NCBI GenBank assembly: GCA_023231475.1
Contig: JALJEE010002733.1
Span: forward strand, 1 to 64,000
DNA from: Seison nebaliae
Lineage: Eukaryota
Length of the DNA stretch: 64,000 nt
Reading direction: 5' to 3'
The notes under the pieces are model-generated. The model made no database searches. It was not told the origin of the DNA and saw nothing but the letters and a program-made list of their open reading frames with translations. Below, one piece after another: positions 14,801 to 27,608 of this stretch (position 1 is its first letter; the number at the start of each line of letters is the position of its first letter). The position numbers and the translations under genes are program-made.

Positions 14801-15630
14801 AGCCAATGGAAGGATATCGGGAGAGTGGAGCAACCGGTGCTGTTAAAGGCGTTTTCAAAGGTCTATTGGGCGCCGTAACTCGACCAGCTGCAGGAATTCT
14901 CGAATTAGCCTCAGGCACATTAGGAGAAGTGAAAAAGTTCTTTTTTTTTTTTTAATTCCAATCATTCTCTTCTTTTAATAATTCTTTCAGAGTGACAACT
15001 AATGAAGAATTAGTTTTACCATCAAGGAAATTTCGTGCTATTAATATCGATGGAGTAATTCGAGAATATGATGCGGACGAAGCTGAAGGAAATTATGTTT
15101 TACAAGTTCAATTAATTTTATTTCTCTCTCTCTTTATTATATTGGACACATTTTAGATTATTGCTATTCGTGAATTTAATCGTCGTTCTTATTATGTCGC
15201 TCATGCTTGGTTAGATAACGGGAAGACGAATGTCATAATCAGTACTAGTGAGTTAGTGAAATTGATGATTATGAATAATTATTTTAAATAAATAAATAAT
15301 AATTATTATTTTCATTTTATTCATCCAATTCTCGTAGAGGAGTATTCTATGCAATACAAGATTTGATGAAGTTATGGATAATTGATTGGTCGTATCAGTG
15401 GGTGGATTTGAAATATTCTCCAATTTTCGATGAAGCGAAAAGTTGCGTAAATATTGTGAGTAAAGTTTAGAATTTAAATTGAATTTATTCAATGAATTTT
15501 CTCATGAAATTATTTTTAGGATAATCGTCCAATTGGTCGATCAGTTCTAATTAAAGATACCGGTTTGGCAAAGAAGTTTATTCTCTTGTCCAGTGAAGCG
15601 TACAAAAGACGTTGTCAAACATTAATTTGA
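4096..15630 (+). CDS. VPS13: VPS13 family lipid-transfer protein (VPS13A/C-like); exons 4096-14936, 14991-15105, 15157-15251, 15338-15455, 15520-15630
   Basis: Chorein-N start MVFESVVAHLVDRWIGGYIENLD...GTLKLKIPWKN; YYNRHNTAWEPLIE motif; VAB-like region; WWE-like segment (WRYLKNGDWIDF); ATG2_C-like helices (GIYKKPMEG...KGVFKGLLGAVTRP). Four short GT-AG introns restore the frame through a PH-like C-terminus to TGA at 15628-15630. The last donor could be 15447 or 15456. Confidence 0.95.
8815..8850 (+). repeat. (AAT)12 microsatellite encoding poly-Asn in VPS13
   Basis: aataataat... run, in frame as NNNNNNNNNNNN. Confidence 0.9.
9508..9612 (+). repeat. 24-bp coding tandem repeat (GKLPSPID-like, ~4 copies) in VPS13
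   Basis: GKLPSPID SKLPSPID GKLSSPTK GKLPLAID GKL. Confidence 0.85.
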
Positions 15631-16244
15631 ACGAAATGATACGTACATTTAATTATTCAGTCTTATTATATTTATTTATCAATTCCCTAAATGTAGAAAA
15701 GAGAGCATTACTCTTTTTTATAAAGGAATTCAATTTGATTAAAGAATGAAGGAAAATTCGTCGTACAATTACACTTATTTCATATATCGTTCATTTCTTT
15801 CTCACTTTCTTCTCTCATTAATAAACTTCAGAACTTCTTTTATATACTTATTCGATTATTCATCGACTATTGTTAGATTATTCAAGAGATGATATAACTT
15901 ATATAAATTCTTCCCAAAGAATTTTCAAATTAAACTTTTATCAAGAAACTTCAATTTTAGATATTTTCCAAAATTTCTTTCTTTTCATCAAACTTGTTTG
16001 ATAACGATGAAATTTTAAAACAAGTTGAGACGAAGAAAATTTAGTTTGGACATTTGAAATTGACGAATATTTCGGATTTAGATATAATGTTCAATTTATT
16101 CTAAACTTTTTTATGATATCGTTACGTACTAATGGAAAGTTTTACAAAACTTTTAGATTATATATATTTTAAGACGGAGTATTATTTGTTTTATTATCAC
16201 ACGTAAAACTGTTAGCTAATAATAGGAAACGTCACCATGGAAAT

Positions 16245-16731
16245 GAGTCCAGGACATAAGAGCCACCAGACAAAAGAGCCACGAGACAAAAGGGCTACGG
16301 ATAAAAGAGCCCATTCATGTTTGGAACAATTTCGAAGCAATGCGGAAAAACAGCACTCCTTCTATTACTAATAATATTGCGGAACGTTTTAATAATTATT
16401 TCAATCGAATATACTCGGTATATTCCGATTCTTGGACAACATCGAAGAAGTTGAAACATACACCGAGATAAGGATTGTGGAAACAGAAAAGAATAAAAAT
16501 CCAAAAATGAAGAAGAAAACACTTACTGCTCAATTGAAAAACTTAATTGACAAATTTGGTAGGATGGACTTTTCATCATATTTCGAAGAAATAAAGAAAA
16601 TTATATGAACTATTATAGATAGTATATCTATAATATAGTAAATATCTTATTTTTAGAAGTATGCGTTGCTCTTTTGTCCGTAGCTTTTTTGTCCATGGCT
16701 GATTTGTACCGTGGCTCTTTTGTCCTTCCTA
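16245..16731 (+). mobile_element. Non-autonomous Mutator-like element (MULE) with 9-bp TSD
   Basis: Flanked by CATGGAAAT at 16236-16244 and 16732-16740. The ends are inverted arrays of a ~15-bp unit GGACAAAAGAGCCAC. An internal fragment reads IHVWNNFEAMRKNSTPSITNNIAE, resembling the MULE transposase W..PRTNN..E region. Confidence 0.85.
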
Positions 16732-17634
16732 CATGGAAATAGAGGAAGAAGAAATCTTCTGGGATATAGATTCTATATACTATATAACAGTCGTATATCG
16801 GTAGATATGGAACTTCACAATTCGCATTCCTCTTTGTCATGGGAACATTCCCAAGGTAATATAGAAAAATTTTAATTATTCTAATCTTTCTACATAACCA
16901 AATATTGAAATTTCTCATCGTTTGCCTCCACATTTGATCTCTGAAAAGTGAGTTGGAAAATGAATGAAAATGTATCGGACGTTCTCGGATACTAAGGAAA
17001 ATTAATTTTCAACAAGAGAACATTCGTTCGAGCGGTATTGATAAGAACAATGTATTTCGTTCTGGTTCAACTGATTTTCAAAAATCAGATATCACAATTA
17101 TATTCGAGAACAGTCCATTTTTGATCGTGTTCGTGTGAACAGCACTAACCATAACTTATGACGTTTTCAACGGTTGACGAAGTGCTTTATCCTAATTTCC
17201 ATTATCCAGAAATCTTATCATCTCTTTTTGTTTTTTTCGACACCCTTTTTCGTCAATGTAGACTCTACATTGTAGAGTCTAAATCTTTACACTTTGTCAT
17301 TTCTTGTATAACTTAATACTATTACGTACAGGGTACAATGAAATTTTCCAAATTTTATATTTAACGTTATGCAAAGAATATGATCGATTGTTGATGAAAG
17401 GGATCATTTCTCGATGAGATTGAAAATTGAGACGGAAAGGATACATCATAAAAAATCAGCGGAATCATATTTTGGTAAATGGAAGGTATCCCTGACATTT
17501 CTCTTTACTAGGTACCTCTCTCTCTCTCTTCATTTTTAGATTTAGCATTAAAAAAATCGGAGATAGCTTCCTTTTTTTCATATTTTCTTAGGAAAGAGAT
17601 GATAGGTCAGTGATAACTTCCTGCAATCCCGCAT

Positions 17635-17960
17635 AGGGAGAAGGACAAAAGAGCCACGAGCCACGCAATATTATTAGTAATAGAAGGAGTGCTGCTTTCC
17701 CGCATTGCATCGAATTTGTTCCAAACATGAATGAGAAAATGGTTATTTATCAAATTATTCCGAATATCCCGATAACCAATGAATTGTTGGTGGAAATAAT
17801 TAAAAATCGGATCCCAAGTTAATGGAGCGTTGTGATAAAATTTTTTAAACTCGAGTTCAACTTTATTGATAGGAATGATGGAAAGAGCGGAAAGAGAATT
17901 TGAAAAATTGAATTGACACATTTGACACGATGGACTTTTCGTCATATGTTGAAGAAATAT
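17635..17960 (-). mobile_element. Second, rearranged fragment of the same MULE family
   Basis: Starts with the ggacaaaagagccac unit. 17663-17733 is an inverted copy of ~16311-16381, and ~17915-17960 is a direct copy of ~16549-16593. Translation LSALSIIPINKVE...IFNYFHQQFIG...VWNKF...PSITNNIA is MULE transposase-like. Confidence 0.75.
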
Positions 17961-19786
17961 TGTTCCTGTTCATTACTTATCACTAAGAGTGGCATCAATG
18001 TTAAATACTAGAATGATATATTCTAAGATATAATTCTTTGCTTGGGAGCCCTGGAATGACACCTAGGACGTTAAATTAATTATGTCTCTCGTCATTATTC
18101 ATCAAGTTTCGTATCTGTTTTTTTTAAAAATCAGACTAACCTTGAATTTTAATGAATAATTTAATTAATGTGGATGCCGGTTTTGATCTAATTTCGACTG
18201 CCGGACATTGCTACCACTTTTAACTTATTCTTTGTTGTCTAGAACGGAGTTTCACGTCATTTTCACATTTGGGTAAAGCTTAGAGAAAAGTGTGCACTTA
18301 TGATGAAATATGACTGGAAGCTTTAAGTCAGTAGTAAGTATATCGTTAGTTAAAAAGTTTTTTCTTCTTAAGTGTTACATAATATAATCTAAAGTTTTAT
18401 TTTCACTCAAATTACTTAATGAAGTATAATTTCACACCTTTTCTATAGAGTGGTGAAACTTTGGTTTTGAAGAATATGAGATAATTCTGCCTAATTATGA
18501 TCACACAATTATGATCGGTTTACATGATCATTAGATCCAGTGTTATCGCATCCATATAAAAAAATCGCAAAGATTTGTCAATAGTGTCCGAAATTCGAAG
18601 GCGTTTGAACATAATTTATACCAAAACATTCATATAAAAAGAAATGTTCTCTCAAATCAACACTCAAAGATTTTCCCATTTTAGTCCGCGACACAGTTTG
18701 AAAACCGTTAATTCAATAGAAAAACATGTATCTTTTCTTTTTATAACATTTTTATTTCTTAAAAACTTTATTATATTGCTTTGTTAGTAAGACCGTTTTC
18801 ATCGTTGACAATTGCAGTATCAGCAGATGAAAACTGGTTCCTCATGTAGCCATATGATCGATTGATGTATATTATTTCTCGTCTTACTATTGAGAACAAA
18901 GAAAAAATAATAATGAAATGAAGTTTAATGTTTGAAAATAGAATTGTCGCTTTACATAGTGTTTAATTATAGATAACCGAGAAAATTGTGACTTATTTTT
19001 CTTTTGTTCCAGGTGGTTTCTTTATTGTTGCTCTATATCTCTTCAATGAACTTTAAATACTTCAGTTAGAGTTTGTTCGTCAAGAACTGAATATAATTTT
19101 CTTACTTTATATTTTCAGATTTTTATTATGCAACTCTATTTACTTTACTGTCCTTATTATCACTTAATTTTTTATTCATAATTTCATGTAAATTATGTAA
19201 CAGATGGAAATGTTGTCATACATTATTAGCATTGCATTAATAAAATTTCCCATTATGCTTTTAATTACTTTCAACTGCTTTCGTCAACTGACATGAATTA
19301 TATTTTCGTCAATTTCTTGAATTTTTGAATGTATCTATTATCCAACGTAAATCAAATAAGTAACTTTTTTCTTTATATTTATATTTTATATTTTTCTGTA
19401 ATTTTAATCGGTCATTATCGATTTTCTATAATATTTGATCCGTTTTCTACTTCTATAATCTAATTCATGTTTTATAATCATTCATCAATAATATTTTTCA
19501 ATTATTTTCCTAACTGAATTCCTTAACTACTATTAAGAGTCTTACAAAAATTATTTTTCGCATAAATGATCATAGTTACAAAAAATTCTTCCAGTTCATT
19601 GAATGACAGATGTTTCATTCAATTTTCAATCAGAGTTCAATGATATTTTTAAGAAATTAGAGAATAAATGAATTATCTTTCTTGATTTACCAATTTAGAT
19701 AAATATAATTTTTTTTTTTGATATAATTATGGATAAATTTTTTGATCGATGATCTATTCATTTTAGATGTCGGACAACTGATTGAA

Positions 19787-20992
19787 ATGAAAGACAAATT
19801 CAAGGATTATTTAGCTATATTTCTGGTAGTTTGTGTATTTTATGGGACATATTTGTTTTTCCCCAAAATAAAGATAAGTTTCTCGGTCGTAAACGAAACT
19901 GATAAAGGACAATCAATAATTCAATCGATAGGAAATACATCGAGTAATTTGAATAGGAATAATTCTCACTATGGAAATACGACCAAAATTATTTTGTTAT
20001 GGGTTCCCTTTTTTTCGGTGAAAGATTATGGTTTCGGACTAGGTGGACCGGAACTCTTTCGAAAGAAAGGATGTCCGGAGACGAATTGTATGGTAACAAA
20101 TGATCGACGTTATTCGAAAGATGCCGATGCATTTGTCATGCATTTGAGAAATTATCGAGCCACGGACAAACCGAAAATACGGAAAAAGAATTCTCTTAAT
20201 ATCTTCTTCTTATACGAATCGCCTCCGAATACGCCGAGGTTGATGTTCTATAATAATTTTTTCCATCTGACAATGTCTTACCGATTGGAATCGATGAATA
20301 ATAAAATACGCGAATTAATTTACGATGCAAACTATTCTAATTTTAATCCAACAACTGACTTTACTGAAGATAAGGAATACGATATTTTGTGGTTCGTTTC
20401 CAATTGTCATACGAATTCGAAACGAGAAAAGATATACGATTACTTTCAACAAAATGGATTGACCGTCAATCGAATATCAAAAGCATGTCAACCAAGAAAT
20501 GATGAATATAGTAAAAAGTGTAAATATCAATATCAAGGGGCAGATTCGAAAGAATGTGCAAAATTCTTTTCAAAACATCGATTCTATTTTGCAGCCGAAA
20601 ATGCTTTATGTGAAGGATATGTTACGGAGAAGATGTTCCTCCGACTTCAGTATCCACTCGTACCTATAGTTTATAATGGCGTGAAAGATGAAGAATATTA
20701 CAAGAATATGAATATTCCTTTAGATGCGATGGTGAACGTCAGAAATTTCTCTTCAATTGCTGAATTGACGCAACATATAATTAAAATAAAGAATGATAAA
20801 AAGTTGTTTAATTCTCTTGTTGAAAAACGTCGTCATTACAAGATTAAATATAATGGATATAAGTTTTGTGATTTGTGTACACGTTTACATTCATCTCTTC
20901 CCGTTCCACCACCTATTCAAAATATGGAAAGTTTTTGGCGAACGGATAAATGTATAAATCCAACTAATCTCTTTACAGATATTAAATTATAA
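19787..20992 (+). CDS. Alpha-1,3/1,4-fucosyltransferase (GT10), intronless CDS
   Basis: Type II membrane anchor (YLAIFLVVCVFYGTYLFF), IILLW, CPETNCMVTNDR, YESPPNT, TMSYRLES, WFVSNC, the GT10 motif FYFAAENALCEGYVTEK and FCDLCTRL. First ATG is at 19787. Confidence 0.93.
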   Translation: MKDKFKDYLAIFLVVCVFYGTYLFFPKIKISFSVVNETDKGQSIIQSIGNTSSNLNRNNSHYGNTTKIILLWVPFFSVKDYGFGLGGPELFRKKGCPETNCMVTNDRRYSKDADAFVMHLRNYRATDKPKIRKKNSLNIFFLYESPPNTPRLMFYNNFFHLTMSYRLESMNNKIRELIYDANYSNFNPTTDFTEDKEYDILWFVSNCHTNSKREKIYDYFQQNGLTVNRISKACQPRNDEYSKKCKYQYQGADSKECAKFFSKHRFYFAAENALCEGYVTEKMFLRLQYPLVPIVYNGVKDEEYYKNMNIPLDAMVNVRNFSSIAELTQHIIKIKNDKKLFNSLVEKRRHYKIKYNGYKFCDLCTRLHSSLPVPPPIQNMESFWRTDKCINPTNLFTDIKL

Positions 20993-21135
20993 TTCATTTG
21001 TTATTTCATCATTCCCATACTATTCCCTCCATTTTACTTTTCTTATTTATGCTAATCATAAATAAATATTTCTATGCATAAATCATTCAAAAAATAATAA
21101 AATCATTCACAATTCAAAAAAAACTTTTTTTTGAC

Positions 21136-24100
21136 ATGGCTGAATTATTAAAAAATTTAGGAAAGAATAATGAGAATCTATCGTCGCCGGATTCCAAGAA
21201 ACGTAAGAAGGATGTTCAGGACAGGTTAACGACAAAAGCACGAGTGTATGAAATGTCAACGGAGTTGAATTATCTGAATCTCAAAGTTGATGTAATCAAC
21301 CACAATATGGTGGAGTTAAATCGGAAAAACGACATCCTATTCAAAGAAATAAGAGATAACAATATTGCTATCTGCAAGTGTAATTTGGTGTTGGAGGAAA
21401 TCAAGTATGTAATATCCGAAGTTGAGGATGATTGAGTTAATATCCCAACACCATCAAAAATATTGGTACGGATGATTCGTCAACATCGACTGATTAATGT
21501 CTGGATTGTTTTGTGTCGGCTGCCCAGAGAGGTATTATAAATAATATAAATAATACCAGTGGTCCTACCGCTCCTTTCAGTACGGGCGCTCGAAGAATCA
21601 TGTTATGAATAAGAGCACAAATGGTAATAAAAGAAATAAGAAACCTCGTCCAACAGCTAAATGTTCGGGTGTGGAAGACTCATTAATAGTGGCGGTTCAC
21701 GAGGTCCCAGAATTGGCCACGAGAAGAGTCATTCTATCGAGAATCGATAGAACGATTCCTCTGGAAAATATTAATAAATTCCTTAAGAATCGTAACATTG
21801 AAGCTCGCGGAATTTCCAGAATTTGTAAGACGAAAGATAGAGAAACGATGAAGAGTCGATCTTCTAAAGTGATATCAAAATTAAATTTAATTTAAAACAA
21901 TTTGCATTATTTTTTATTATATTTACATGTTATTCTTTTTTTGCTTTTATGCAGATATTATTTGATACCCATATTTGAATTTTAATTATTTTGTATTCAA
22001 ATTTTAATTATTTTTAACTGTTTTTAATTTTTATTACTTATGAACGATGATATTAACACGTTAAGGTTTATTTTGGTTTATATATACATGTATAGTAATA
22101 GATGTGTAGTAAGCAAGGATATTTTTGATAGTAAGAATTTATATGAAGATATGAAGAGGTTAGTTATGGAGAAAGGATATACGGTTTCTGAAGCAATTAA
22201 CAAGGCGGCGGAAAAGTCATCAAAGGAAGTATGCGCAGAATTGCCCGATATGAAAATAATGAAACGAACGTTGCGAACCTTTAAACCGACGATGAAGATT
22301 CCAATTGCACAGAATAAGTTCTTTGAACTTCCACCAAATATGAAGATGTTCAACGGAGAAAATATAATACAATATGGCTTATATTTATAATGATAAGGAA
22401 GAATTTAGATCAATGTTTATTTCGACACTTCAATGCATGAATCATCTGAAAGAAGCCAATCATATCTACGTGGATGGTACATTTTCTACGTGCCCAAAAT
22501 TTTTCCACCAATTGTATACTGTTTCAACTTCGTCGGGGGTTTATTATCAAACAAAACAACAAGTACATATGAAAAATGATTCAGTTTTTTAAAGAATCAA
22601 GTGAAAACAGAATCACACAATCTAAATGGACTTCGAAATGGCGGCGATTCATGAATGTTATTTCCATTTAAAACAAAATATTTGGAAATTTGTGCAAAGG
22701 AACGGATTAGTGGTCGATTATAAACAAGATATCGATGGACAGAAACATTTGTCAACGCAAGTCTCATAGTGCCGCAGAAATTAAATACTTATTCGCATAT
22801 TTCAACAAAAATTACGTTGGCATGGAAAATCCACCAAGATATGGAATCAAAATTTGGAGCAATTATGAACGAATTATATCGAATTTACCCCTGACAAATA
22901 ATTTATCTGAAGCAAACCATAACAGGTTTGCTTCAACATTTGGAGAAAGTACCCCAGACGTTTTCAGTTTTTTACAATCGATCAAGAAACAATTCACCAT
23001 AATCAAAATTAAATTAGCTCAAGATTATTCATCAATATCATCATCGTCGTACTTAACAATTTTAGAAAAAATAGAAAAATATCAAAAAGAAAACGCCGTC
23101 GAATTCTGTAAAGATTTGGAAATGTAAAGAATAATTTTGTTTTATTTTCATTTTTTACTTTTTTGTTTTTTTATATAGATATTTTTTTCCCTTTTTAATA
23201 AATTCCATTAGTCCTTTTTTCAAAAAAATATCTGAAATGTACTTAAGTTATTTTGTCCTAATTCTAAAAAGTGATCGTTTTGGGTAATATTTTTTATGGC
23301 GTTCAAACAGACTTTTACCGGATGAGATATAGATTAAAAAAAAAAAATCAATGTAATTGGATATTAATTTATATTAATTAATATATGGATTTATATTAAT
23401 ATAAAGACCATGTATTTAGGTTTGAATTTACAATTTTTCGAAAAGTCGATTTTTTTTATTTTTCAAGGAACAAATGTCCCAAATTTTAAATAAATTACTA
23501 AAATTAATGAAAGTAGCATAGTACTATCTTGTATAGCATTTCAAGCTCTTTCTAAAGATGCCAAATTTAACATCATACGTTAAATATTTTGGACGATAAA
23601 GAGCAGTTTTTAAAAAAGTTGAAAATAATCGACTTGCAAAATCACCAACTGGCAAATCCCCTACAATCTTCGCCTGCTACTCCTCCCAAAGGAATGCATG
23701 GTAAGGGAAAATGTTCGTCAGGAATGATCATACTTGTTCGGAAAGTCTTACGATCTTCTGAGTTCACAATCCATTCTGAATCTATTTGTTCGATCATGGT
23801 AAATAATGTCTTCTTTGTAAACTTTTATGGTGATAGTTATAGAAAAACAATTACAACGATGATGTTGGAAGAATTCCTACTGAATGAATGTGTAGATAAA
23901 TCATTCATAATAGCGGGAGACTTCAACCTTTCTCCTAAGGATATTGATTTGTTGATAGAGAGTGGAAAGAATCTTTTATCCAAATTCAATTGTCTCTTCA
24001 TTGATCTTGAATTATGTGAGAAATCTTCTTTTTCCTTTCAATCGTCAAATGGAAAGTTCTGGATCGATCACCTCATTATTTCTAAACATCTACGTACGAC

Positions 24101-25217
24101 TCGTACGTACGAGTGTTAATGAATGTGCTATATCTGAGCAATTCAGATTATCGGATCATTTAGCAATAATCTTGAAAGTAAGTTTAGAAGTAATGAGTAA
24201 TAATGATGATAACAATTCATTTTTGATTCCGATATGTAAAAATCTTTCATTATTAATGAACGAAATTGTGAATATCAATAGTTATTCGTTTCAATCGAGT
24301 CGTGAAGTTATTGATAAATTGAAATATATTGGTTCATTTCGCAAGAGATGTATCTCGAACCGTGGTCATCATGGATGCTTCGAAAGCTTTCGATTCGGTC
24401 AGCATGGAACACGGAATTGATATTCTACGTAATGAAGGAATAGATGGTCACTCTCTTTCGTTTATCAATGAAATCTTTACGAATTCGTTCGGAGTAGTAA
24501 AAGATGGATCGAAGAAATCTAATATGTTTCGCATAAATAAAGGAGTAAGACAAGGATGTATTCTCGCTCCATGGATTTTTGGTAAAGTATTGGACGATAT
24601 TCTTATTGAATCCAATCGAAAATCCTTATTTAAAGTTGGTCCGAATTCCTTTCCTGCAGTTATTGCGTACGCAGATGATATCCTCATTTGCACGAATAAC
24701 GTTCGTCAGTGTAATAGAGTTGTGGCTTTCATCACTGATCGTTTAGCTATTGTTGGAATCAAATGTAATCAGAGTAAGTCATCGATTATTTCGAATATTT
24801 CTACATTTCCAATTCGTTATGACTTGAAGAAATTGGTGTCATATGTCTTTCAATAGAGCATTTATGTTCATGATCTGCGAACTCACTCCTTTATCGTTAC
24901 TTCTGGCGCAGAGGTATCTGAGAGTAGTTGATTCTGTTCCCAGTTCAACTCTTTCAGTTTCAACTTTTACACAATGTGAGGGCTTCTCGTCGCCTCTCCA
25001 ATTTTTCTGCCGTTATTACTCGATAAACTATCCTCTTTCACTTGAAGATGCTTTATAGCTGACTTCTAATTTTGATATCTCTTATCATGTCCCCGAAGCA
25101 CTCAAACATTTTATTGCGACGGGCAGGAATCTAATTTCAAATAACTCCTCTAAGGAGTTATCTATTTTTCTTTTTAATTCACCCCGCGGAGGTTTGCTAT
25201 GTATAAAAAAAAAAAAA
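21136..25217 (+). mobile_element. Degenerate LINE (APE endonuclease + RT) with ORF1 and poly(A) tail, interrupted by a MULE
   Basis: ORF1 pieces 21136-21869; APE motifs IIAGDFN, WIDHLIIS, LSDHLAI (23589-24170); RT motifs DASKAFDSV, GVRQGCILAP, AYADD (24329-24856); internal deletion and frameshifts; A-tail at 25205-25217. Confidence 0.88.
21870..23549 (+). mobile_element. Frameshifted MULE transposase inserted into the LINE
   Basis: Motifs HIYVDGTFSTCPKFFHQLYTV, MDFEMAA, CYFHLKQNIW, YFNKNYVG, WSNYERIISNLPLTNNLSEANHNRF (22040-23127). The segment is bounded by the direct repeat TTCTAAAG at 21862-21869 and 23550-23557; TIRs are not evident. Confidence 0.82.
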
Positions 25218-25506
25218 CTAAATTTCTACCGTTTAATTTTTGTTATCATAAGTATGTTATGAAAAATTGCAGATGAGATTTTCAGAACACTCTCTTGGGA
25301 AAATTAATTGAATTAGTAAAATTTTCAAGTTCCTTTCAAGTAACGTTTCATCATCGAACTATCACCATTAAAAAAACAAATAAATTATTCGTTTTAGTTT
25401 TAATTCAATTAATTGAGATTTAAAAAAATTTTTGATGTGGAATAAACAACTTTTGGTAGGAGCTGTTTGAAGTTCTAAGAGAAATAGTTAATGGTTGAAA
25501 AATAAG

Positions 25507-26856
25507 TTATATCCAAACGCCATGAATACGATAAGAAGTATTGTAACGAGATCTCGCATTATATTTCTGTTGAGGTAGAGCAAATTGTTCTCTTATCAAT
25601 TTTTCCTTTTCGATGGCGGGAAGTTGATTGATAACTGTTTCCGATGAAGTATTTCTCGTGTTAATTCTATTATATTTCTCTTTATCATTTGAACCATAAA
25701 TAGTATGAGCAGGGGATAATTTTTGTGGAGTTGTAGACAATAAACTTTTCCCCGACAATATGTCATTTGAAGCAGAATAATTTGTTTGTTGACTATTCTC
25801 AGTTTTGGACGAGAATATTCTGTTCTTACCATTCTCTTCTTCAGTCCTTCTCCATTCTGATTTGTAACTGGAAAAGAAAATTTATGAAAAAGTTCGATAT
25901 TACAAATGTGGAAGGAAACTGTCTATATTTTGAGTCATAAGATGGAACACCACCATTAACCAATTTGGAAATAGATGGAATTTTTATATCTTCTGACGAC
26001 TTACAATTATATCCGAGTGATGCCAATTGAGATAAGGAGGTGAATTCATTCGGTTTATATTCTGATGATTTCACATATGACAATGTCGTGTGATTTATAT
26101 ATAAAATAATTTGAATTTATGATAATTTTAGTTGTGAAGAAAAAGTTGACTTAAAAAATGTGGAACTTTGACTAAAATTTTGAGAAAAGAAACCATAATA
26201 TATCATGAAATGATTCGTTTGTGGAATAGATGAAACTAGGGAATAATGTTTGGCAAAGAATTGTATAGATTGCATTGACGGACGATCTATACCTAAATAG
26301 CTAATGTGCTTCACATTCTCATTCTAGAAATAGTTTTATATTAATTTTGAATAGAACATTTTCAATAGACCTTCAGCATGAAATCTATTAATTTCTTGCC
26401 GTAGCCCATTCGCTGGATTCTTTGGAAGACGAAGAAATCCAAAATACATAATGGATTACATTCGACATACTGATGCATTTTATTATAAACAAAAAGTTTC
26501 TTTTGGCCAATTTTTAACATTCCAATTATTCTTTATTAAGTGAAATGATTAAGAAGAAAGAAGAAATTCTTTTTAACCGTATGTCATCTCTAAGTATATA
26601 AATTCGTTGATTTTCCCCATTACAAAATTTGGCATAGGAAGTAATGATGGTCGGTAGGTTTTGAGCATTTGAGGAAGCAGAACCGACTTTATCTAATATT
26701 TGGGCAATTGAATTAGTTAGAGGACTATGAACAATTAATTTAAGTAAATGAAATTACTGAGAAAATGAACTTTCTTCTGGTATTATGAAAATCTTCACTT
26801 CTGAAGCAAGTGATAATATTAGGAAGTATCGAGTTCAACCGGAACTCGAATTCCAT
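25507..26856 (-). CDS. ATAT1: Alpha-tubulin N-acetyltransferase (ATAT1/MEC-17), ~6 exons
   Basis: Manual splicing (exons 26856-26771, 26724-26578, 26530-26371, 26323-~26168, then two more) gives MEFEFRLNSILP...ILDKVGSASSNAQNLPTIITS...IIGMLKIGQKKLFV...PLCILDFFVFQRIQRMGYGKKLIDFML...LGIDRPS...FFAKHYSLVSSIPQTNHFMIYYGFF, matching Mec-17 domain motifs. 3' exon boundaries are less certain. Confidence 0.92.
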
Positions 26857-27608
26857 ATGTGTCTATATAATCTCGAAGATTAACTTTATTTTTAAAAATT
26901 TTCTAGTTCTTAATTTTATTCCTAATTTTTTCTTCTAATAAATATTCTTTTAAAAAATAATTCTATTGAATTCAGTGTTGTTACTGACATTAACACCATA
27001 GCAACAGGAATTAATTGAACAATACAGGACAGATGGTCATTAGCAGTTTTTCTGGGTTTCCTTTCCCACGTCTTCCCAACCATTTAAGAGAACTAATATC
27101 GTTTACAAATTTTGAGCTGATAAAAAGTTTTTTATTATATCATTTATCAAAATTAAAAAGTATCAAAGTAATTGTTTCAAATAAAAAGTTAATAAAAATT
27201 AATTATATTTCCGTTTCTCCATTTCAGTGATGACAAAATTGTTTAAATTCAATTTTTTCTTTCAAAAAGAACATTTTTTCCCTTTAATAAGAAGAAATAG
27301 AATATAATTATAAGTTATCAATAAAAAGTTACCAAATTTTAAAATTATTGTTTAATGTTTCTTTAATTTTATATTATTAACATAATGTTGTTCTGTTAAA
27401 AATATGGAAGTTCCTTTTCTTTTATTAAGCTTCTCATTTCGAAAGGGAAGTTTCTTTTTCTTCGGAGAATAGTGAACAGCTATTACAAATAAATAAAGAA
27501 GATTTTTACTTTTTAAAATTTAAACATGTATAATGTTTTATTAATATCTCGTTTGCACGTTTCAAAATAATTATTCGTTCATCTAATCTTAAACGAATAT
27601 GTGAAGCA

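Noticed and set aside
4055..14878. Many short ORFs overlapping VPS13 on the opposite strand or in other frames
   Set aside because: Shadow ORFs of a long coding exon; no motifs.
16250..16312. Regularly spaced ~15-bp repeats resembling a mini CRISPR array
   Set aside because: No unique spacers, eukaryotic context, and an inverted counterpart with a 9-bp TSD shows they are transposon termini.
17258..17281. Small palindrome tagactctaca-t-tgtagagtcta
   Set aside because: Short and isolated; no evidence of function.
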